Shown piece by piece: positions 32,789 to 38,815 of a stretch of 38,815 nt of DNA. The notes under the pieces are model-generated. The model had not been told where the DNA came from and made no database searches. It worked only from the letters and a program-made list of their open reading frames with translations. Position 1 is the stretch's first letter; every line of letters starts with the position of its first letter. The stretch spans positions 23,300,754 through 23,339,568 of the forward strand of contig NC_068999.1 in the NCBI RefSeq assembly GCF_001194135.2. The letters are read 5' to 3'. Made by a program: the position numbers and the translations under genes. The DNA comes from Octopus bimaculoides (Eukaryota).

Positions 32789-33262
32789 CATTATTATTAT
32801 TGAATGAGGCAGCAGTACATGCCAACAAAGTGACATTGAGGTAGAATATACAAAGCCCAGTATACCTATCATAACACCTTGTCTGATAACAATACGCCAG
32901 GCACATGTGTCACAACCATATGTGCGTGACATGGTGATCTGATATCAAGATAAACAGTGCAGACCTTGCAGGTGGGGCCCAGTTAGAATTTTCTTCTGGT
33001 CGAGTAGCTCATCCTGCTCAAAAGGTCCCTGAGTAAGGTTTGTTTGAGGATGTTGAATGAAACACCCATGTTTTCAGAGGTGAATTATTCAAATCCCCCA
33101 AAATCCCTCTCTACACGGCTATGATGCTCCCCCACTACTTCTGCTCATGATCAGAGATGCACATATCGTCAGCCACTAAGGGACATGCTCAACTAGTTAA
33201 GGTCAAACAACTGACAAGCAAATCTGTAGTATTGAGCAGAATATTTGCTGTAGCCCATCTTT
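32747..33262 (-). mobile_element. Unclassified interspersed repeat ending in an (AAT)n tail
   Basis: An (ATT)n tract at about 32747-32800 abuts about 460 bp of GC-richer non-coding sequence, which is retroposon-like architecture. There is no second copy in the window. Confidence 0.35.
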
Positions 33263-33469
33263 TACATTATTTTATTTTGTGATGGACTCTCTCTATATGG
33301 TCGTTTCATCTGCTAGAAGCCGCAGTTAAATCTTCCTATAATAATCCTTTCTACTATAGACAGAAGGGCTGAAATTTTGAAGGGAGAGGTGTAAGTCAAT
33401 TACATCGTCCCCATTGCGCAATTGGTACTAGTTTTATCGCCTCCGAAAGGATGAAAGATGGAATTTGAA

Positions 33470-33745
33470 GCGTGGTTTAGTGGTTAGGCGTAATCGGTTC
33501 GCGATCGTTACGTTGTGAGTTCGATTCTCGGCTGCGCGTTGTGCCCTTGACCAAGAGACTTTATTTCACATTGCACCAGTCTGCTTGTTGCATTCCGTTT
33601 CGAGCTGAATCTCCCTGAGAACTACGTTAAAGGTTATGCGTGTCTGGAATGCTCAGCCACTTGCACGTTGATTTCACGAGCGGACGGTTCCGTTGATCGG
33701 ATCAACTGAAACCCTCGACGTCGTTTCATCGTAATCAACGGAATG
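33470..33745 (+). mobile_element. tRNA-derived SINE, family C (CpG-rich), nested in a family-D copy
   Basis: A box TGGTTTAGTGG (33473) and B box GAGTTCGATTC (33517). Family-D halves flank it on both sides. Confidence 0.7.
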
Positions 33746-35139
33746 CCACTTACATGTAATGTAAAGACAGAAGGAATGCTGCCAAGCATTTTGCCCAGCG
33801 TGCTATCGATTCTGCCGGCTCGCTGCCTTAGATCTATAGAAAAGTGGGTTATACATCTTTAGATTGTATACCTGACTTCCTACTATAAAATTAAAGAAAT
33901 AGACGGAACGCTGAACTCCAGACTAAACAACTTAAACAACACTTTATTTAGGTGGTAAACATATAAACACTTCTTTACTGTCCATTAACAATACTCTATC
34001 CTTACATTGACTTTCACATTTGTCTGTTAGAAAATAGTTGAAATTTACTTCGATGTCAAAGTTGTGCAGGCAGCAGCCAACTTGTTTGTTGTATGCAAGG
34101 ATTTATGAATTAAATTTTTGTTGTTGCTGAAATATTTGGTTGAAAGGTCACAGAATGAGTGACGAAAGAACTTTGACGGACAAATAAACTAAAACAACAA
34201 CAACAACAACAATAATAATAATAATAATAATAATGATAATAATAATGATAATCTGAAAACTAGTGTGAAGATGAAATAAATAGTGCGTAAGTTTAATGGC
34301 AAAAGATGACAACGTGCGTGTGTCTGTGTGTGTGTGTGATATAGCATAAATTCAACATTAACCACAAAAATTAACAACATACCAATAAATAAATAAATAG
34401 ATAAACAAATAAATAAATTAACTGACTACTTGAGCGACTTCAAGAAAAAAAGAAAAAACGAAAACAAAACTATATGAATTTATAAAACTTCGCCAGCCGT
34501 CAATCGAAACAGTACCAGCAGCTGACTGACAAAAGTGAAAGTGAAGTCGTACATTTATGTTTCTAAATTAACTCTGATACATCTGAATAATATATATATT
34601 AAAAAAGTTACAATAGTTGACGACATATGAAACGCCCCCCCCCCCCATAAAATGTTTCAAAAAATCGTTCTAGGTCCAAAAAGCAAGTTGCGGTTCCCAT
34701 AAGCTTTAAGGCACAAAAAAACTTATTTTTCCTGAATATACTCCGCTGAAATTGTAACTCCTTGAATATGCCCGTGCGTCTTTCATGGCATCAAATACGG
34801 TATCCCTTATGACAAACTCTGGCCATAGAACATTGTAATATGTCAAAAAAAGAATTTCTTTGCACCCACGAAACAAATTTATACTAGAAAGTAAAAGTCG
34901 TATGCTACATTCAAAAGATCTCCAGAGGAAATGAGCCCTAGGTACAACATGGAGTCCCTTCGATTTTCTACATCGAATACTTTCGTTCATTGAATGGTAC
35001 ACTGATCTGTACACTGAAAAGGTGGCACTTTTTTTGGATAGCTGTCCCTCGAAGTCCCATCCTCGCAGGAAACGGAAAGGGTAGTCTTTTTTCCCTTTGT
35101 CTTTTATTAGTATTTGTGTTTCATACAACAGAAATTATG

Positions 35140-35191
<52 letters not shown>

Positions 35192-35325
35192 GACTCACTG
35201 CACGGTACCTTGATGCTACTGGAAACACTGAAATACTGCGTCGATTTGTTCGACCAAGTTTTTCAAGGCAGTGCATCAGCATGGCTGTAGTCCAATGACT
35301 GAAACTAGAAAAGAACATAAAAGAT

Positions 35326-35363
<38 letters not shown>

Positions 35364-37189
35364 TGCACTTCTGCGCTCCACACTTCTGTACCCTATCTAT
35401 ACCCCGTTCCTTTCTAACGAAATGTGTAAGTTCGAAGGACAGCTATTCCAAAAGATAATCTTTGATCTCAGACCTTTTAACAAATAACATATTCTGCGTA
35501 GGTTAGCAAAAGCACTCTTCCCTTATAATAAATTCCAACGAATCAGACTGAACCTTAAACAGTGACAAAACAAGAAAACTATCTGTAGAAGTTTCATTTT
35601 GTTTTATTTGATCATTTCTTTTAAATTCAATAAGTAATGTTGTGGGGAAATGTATATGTCCGTATGTAAGTATTTGAGTGTGTGTATCTCTGTGTGTAAA
35701 TAATTTTACTTTTCATTCGATAACCACTCAAATGCTGGAAAATGTTTATGTTACAAACTTTAAAAATATTTAAGCAAAAATTAAAGTATTTGAATCACAA
35801 TACGCAAGTTTATTTTGATTGTCAAACTGGAAAACAGTTATTTCATCAATTTCAATATATTTTGCTTTTTCTCTTTTTTTTCCCCCTTAATTAAAACAAT
35901 TACATTGTTTGTAGAGTGTCACATCAACTATATTGTTTATATTTTACATGTGTTTAATTTTTTTTTTAGCAAAAGGATATTGTAAATGATGTGAGCATGT
36001 TTTATTTACCATTTTTCAGCTTTTTCCTCGTTCTGTTTCTCCGTCTCTTTGCTCCTCTGATCTTCTTCACACGGTCTCTCTCCAAACAATTTTCTTTCAA
36101 TGATTTTGTCATTAGTTCCACATTTTTCTTTTTCTTCAATATTATTGTTTGGTTTGTTTTCTTAGTATCAACCAAATCCCGAAATTTTTTCTCTTTCCAC
36201 AATCCTTTCTTCTAATTGGTTTGGTTTTTTTAAATTTGGTTTCCTTTTGGTAGTATTTTTACAAACAAATTTCTGTAAAATTTCATGCTAAAATTTATTA
36301 ACCTCTTCGAAACAGCTGAAATGTTTGGGTTTTTTTTTTTTGCTTTTTTACGCCACACTCAGCAATTTATTCCAAACGAGATAAAAACGTATTAAGAGTT
36401 ATTTCCCTTAAACTCTAAACTCATTATGTTCATGATGTAATTATTGTCTTTTAATGCAGTTCAGTTGTTGTTGGAATAAATAAATATCAATTTTCATAAA
36501 TGGATTTCTAAAAATAATAGACAACACATTCATATTATATATATAATTTCAATTCAATAAATATTCGCTGCATAATTTCCACAGAAAATCCGTTGGTCAT
36601 AAATTGTCAACAGTGAGATATAGCAAGAATTTGTTTTTCTTACATTGATTAAAAAAAGAAAAAAGAATAAAAGAAAAGAATAGATTGCTTTTTGCGAATG
36701 ATATGATATGAACAACATATGAAACTGCCTTTTAACTCTCAATTTCTTACGATGAAAACCTTTCTTTTCCTTTTCTTTTATTTTCTTTCTCCCTCTTTTT
36801 CTTTCAATATACTCTTAAATTTCCACAAATTGGATAAGAAATTGTTGCTTCAGATTCGACAAAAAGATTTTCTTCTTTTTCGCAAGCTCAATTTCATTTG
36901 GGCTTGATCAATTTTTTTTTTTTTTTTAATCAAATATGTTGTACTCTTACATACTTTCAAAGACGTATTCCTTTCAATGAGAATCTTAAAATCAATGCTG
37001 TTACTCTTCGGAACAATTCACTTTCAGTTATCGCCACGAACGTGCTTGTTCTTTGTTTCAAAGCATAAATTCCATATTTCATGATGTTTACTTTTAAAAC
37101 AAGTAAGGTTTTGAAATAAATAAATGCTTGTAGAATGAATGACGAATTGAATATTCATAAAATAAAATCACGCTAAAAAGTTCTTCCTT

Positions 37190-37564
37190 TCAATAACCTC
37201 GCTGTCGAATCTGTGAACCGAATTTTGTTATTTCATAGATACAAGAACCGGGTGAGTCAGTGTGCGCTAGTCCCACGACAAGACTCTTTTTACATTTGCA
37301 AGCCACAAAAAGAGTTTGATCAGCTCTACCGACGAACGCGTTTGGTGATGTATGATGCATGCAGGTATATGAGTTGCCTGCCAGTTTCATCTGTATCAGC
37401 TGCTTTTTTTGATCCGTGAGACATTGCATTAAAGATTTTATCTCATCAACACTTAACTCGACTCCATCAGTGTTGGCAATTTTTTCTCCATTAAAGTTGT
37501 AGATAGCTGCATGTTCGACTTTGCCACGAGCCGTTAGCTTGTACAGGACATCTCTCATCAGCAT
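37190..37564 (-). CDS. Divergent profilin-family protein (124 aa, single exon, profilin-4-like)
   Basis: Intact ORF with CAAAATG start context. It has profilin length and pattern: G.V..AAI...G...A, LAG..Y, K..K.LVVG, PG, and C-terminal GY. Confidence 0.85.
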   Translation of the reverse strand: MLMRDVLYKLTARGKVEHAAIYNFNGEKIANTDGVELSVDEIKSLMQCLTDQKKQLIQMKLAGNSYTCMHHTSPNAFVGRADQTLFVACKCKKSLVVGLAHTDSPGSCIYEITKFGSQIRQRGY

Positions 37565-37701
37565 TTTGAGTTCGATAGGTTTTTTTCACGAGTTGTAAAT
37601 TTGTATTTAAAGATGCCTTCGCTCTTCTTAGGCAACAAATTCGGGAACAGCTGTTATCTCACCAACCTGGCTTATTTCATCTGATTGACTGATTTCAACG
37701 C

Positions 37702-37707
37702 TTTATA
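37702..37707 (-). promoter_or_regulatory. Candidate TATA box for the profilin-like gene
   Basis: TATAAA on the - strand, 138 nt upstream of the ATG, with an initiator-like TCAG about 25 nt downstream (37684-37681). This is a motif match only, in AT-rich DNA. Confidence 0.25.
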
Positions 37708-38110
37708 TTACTCCTATTTAATCTAATCTATTACGTACAACACACACATACATGCTCAGACACACCTGTTGATTAGCTGAAGTAGGCGTGTTTGTATGGG
37801 TGTCACACACTGGAATCCTAGTACGAGCGCGAATGAAAAACCCGTTACATATAAAAACAAATAATATACCGGATTTATATCTACAATCACATAATCTCAT
37901 TCCCCAAATAAGGCTACTCATAATTATTCTGGTCCCGTTGTTCGAAAACAAAGAAGGGGAGAAAAAAAAACTGTTTTCAGAGCGTGGAGAATATTTTTCA
38001 TTGATGAAAGCTAATTTTAGATTCAATTTTCTCCAAGAGAATATTCAATATATAGTTCGTTCACCTGCGTAGAATATAACAGAACAAATTAATGATAATA
38101 ACAATGTAAT

Positions 38111-38161
<51 letters not shown>

Positions 38162-38164
<3 letters not shown>

Positions 38165-38505
38165 GTAGGTGTGGTAATAAGTTTGCTACCAAACCACATG
38201 CTTCCGGGTTAAGTCCCACTGCATAGTACCTTGGACAAGTGTTTTCTACAATAGTTTCGGGCCTACCAAAGCCTTGTGAATGGATCTGAAAGAAGTCCGT
38301 CGTATTTGTGTGTGTGTGTGTGTGTCCCACATCACCGCCTGAGGACCGATGCTGGTGTGTTTACATCCCCGTAAGCTAGTAGTTCGGTAAAAGAGACCGA
38401 TAGAATAAGTGCTAGGTTTAAAGAAAGTTACAGGGGTCGTTTCGTTCGACTAAACTCCTTCAAGACAGTACCCCAGCATGGCCGACTGAAACATGAAGAA
38501 TACAT
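38162..38505 (+). mobile_element. SINE family A
   Basis: Colinear with family A (CCAAAGCCTTGTGA, GTAAAAGAGACCGATAGAATAAGT, CCCCAGCATGGCCG). CpGs are retained. Confidence 0.75.
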
Positions 38506-38519
38506 ACAACCTTACTTAG

Positions 38520-38520
38520 C

Positions 38521-38579
<59 letters not shown>

Positions 38580-38583
38580 TTTT

Positions 38584-38615
<32 letters not shown>

Positions 38616-38782
38616 TCGCTCTCTCTCTTTCTCTTTCTTTCTCACTTTCTTTCTTTCTTTCTTTCTTCTGTCTTTCTCTCTTTCTCTCTCTCTCTCTCCC
38701 TCTCTCTCTCTATCTCTCTATCTATCTATCTATCTATCTATCTGTCTGTCAGTTTCTCTCTATATATATATATACACACACG

Positions 38783-38815
<33 letters not shown>
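38520..38815. repeat. Compound microsatellite (TTTC)n-(TC)n-(TATC)n-(TA)n-(CA)n
   Basis: Read directly from the sequence. Confidence 0.95.

Noticed and set aside
33470-33550. tRNA gene
   Set aside because: A and B boxes are present, but there is no acceptor stem, and the sequence continues into a SINE body shared with 14813 and 29300.
36002-36300. K/E-rich - strand frames, one ending ...GERPCEEDQRSKETEKQNEEKAEKW* next to AATAAA
   Set aside because: An A-rich purine strand yields such peptides by composition, the frame has two internal stops, and I recognise no domain.
36912-36927. A-run on the - strand downstream of the profilin-like gene as a retrogene poly(A) remnant
   Set aside because: There is no upstream AATAAA or TSD, and similar runs are common throughout the window.

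Overview
AT-rich, microsatellite- and transposon-dense animal genomic DNA with four N-gaps. The repeat families look like those of octopod cephalopods (inference, not verified). Two protein-coding loci are supported. (1) The last six coding exons of POMGNT1 lie on the + strand at 2764-19448. All introns are GT-AG, phases are consistent, and the spliced frame gives 184 aa plus stop. (2) A single-exon, divergent profilin-family gene lies on the - strand at 37190-37564. The rest is mostly mobile-element sequence: tRNA-derived SINEs, RTE and CR1/L2-group LINE fragments, one mariner nested in another, a full-length but inactivated IR/DR Tc1, and TTAA-flanked MITEs. A dispersed 5S rRNA copy sits directly upstream of a SINE, and a CpG-rich insertion carries hammerhead-ribozyme core motifs and a 7+7 bp pseudoknot. 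There are no CRISPR arrays or prokaryotic systems. No finding amounts to a confirmed new biological system. The best leads are the hammerhead-like element, the fish/amphibian-like Tc1, the 5S-SINE tandem, the profilin lacking polyproline-binding aromatics, and inverted repeats bracketing POMGNT1 exons.
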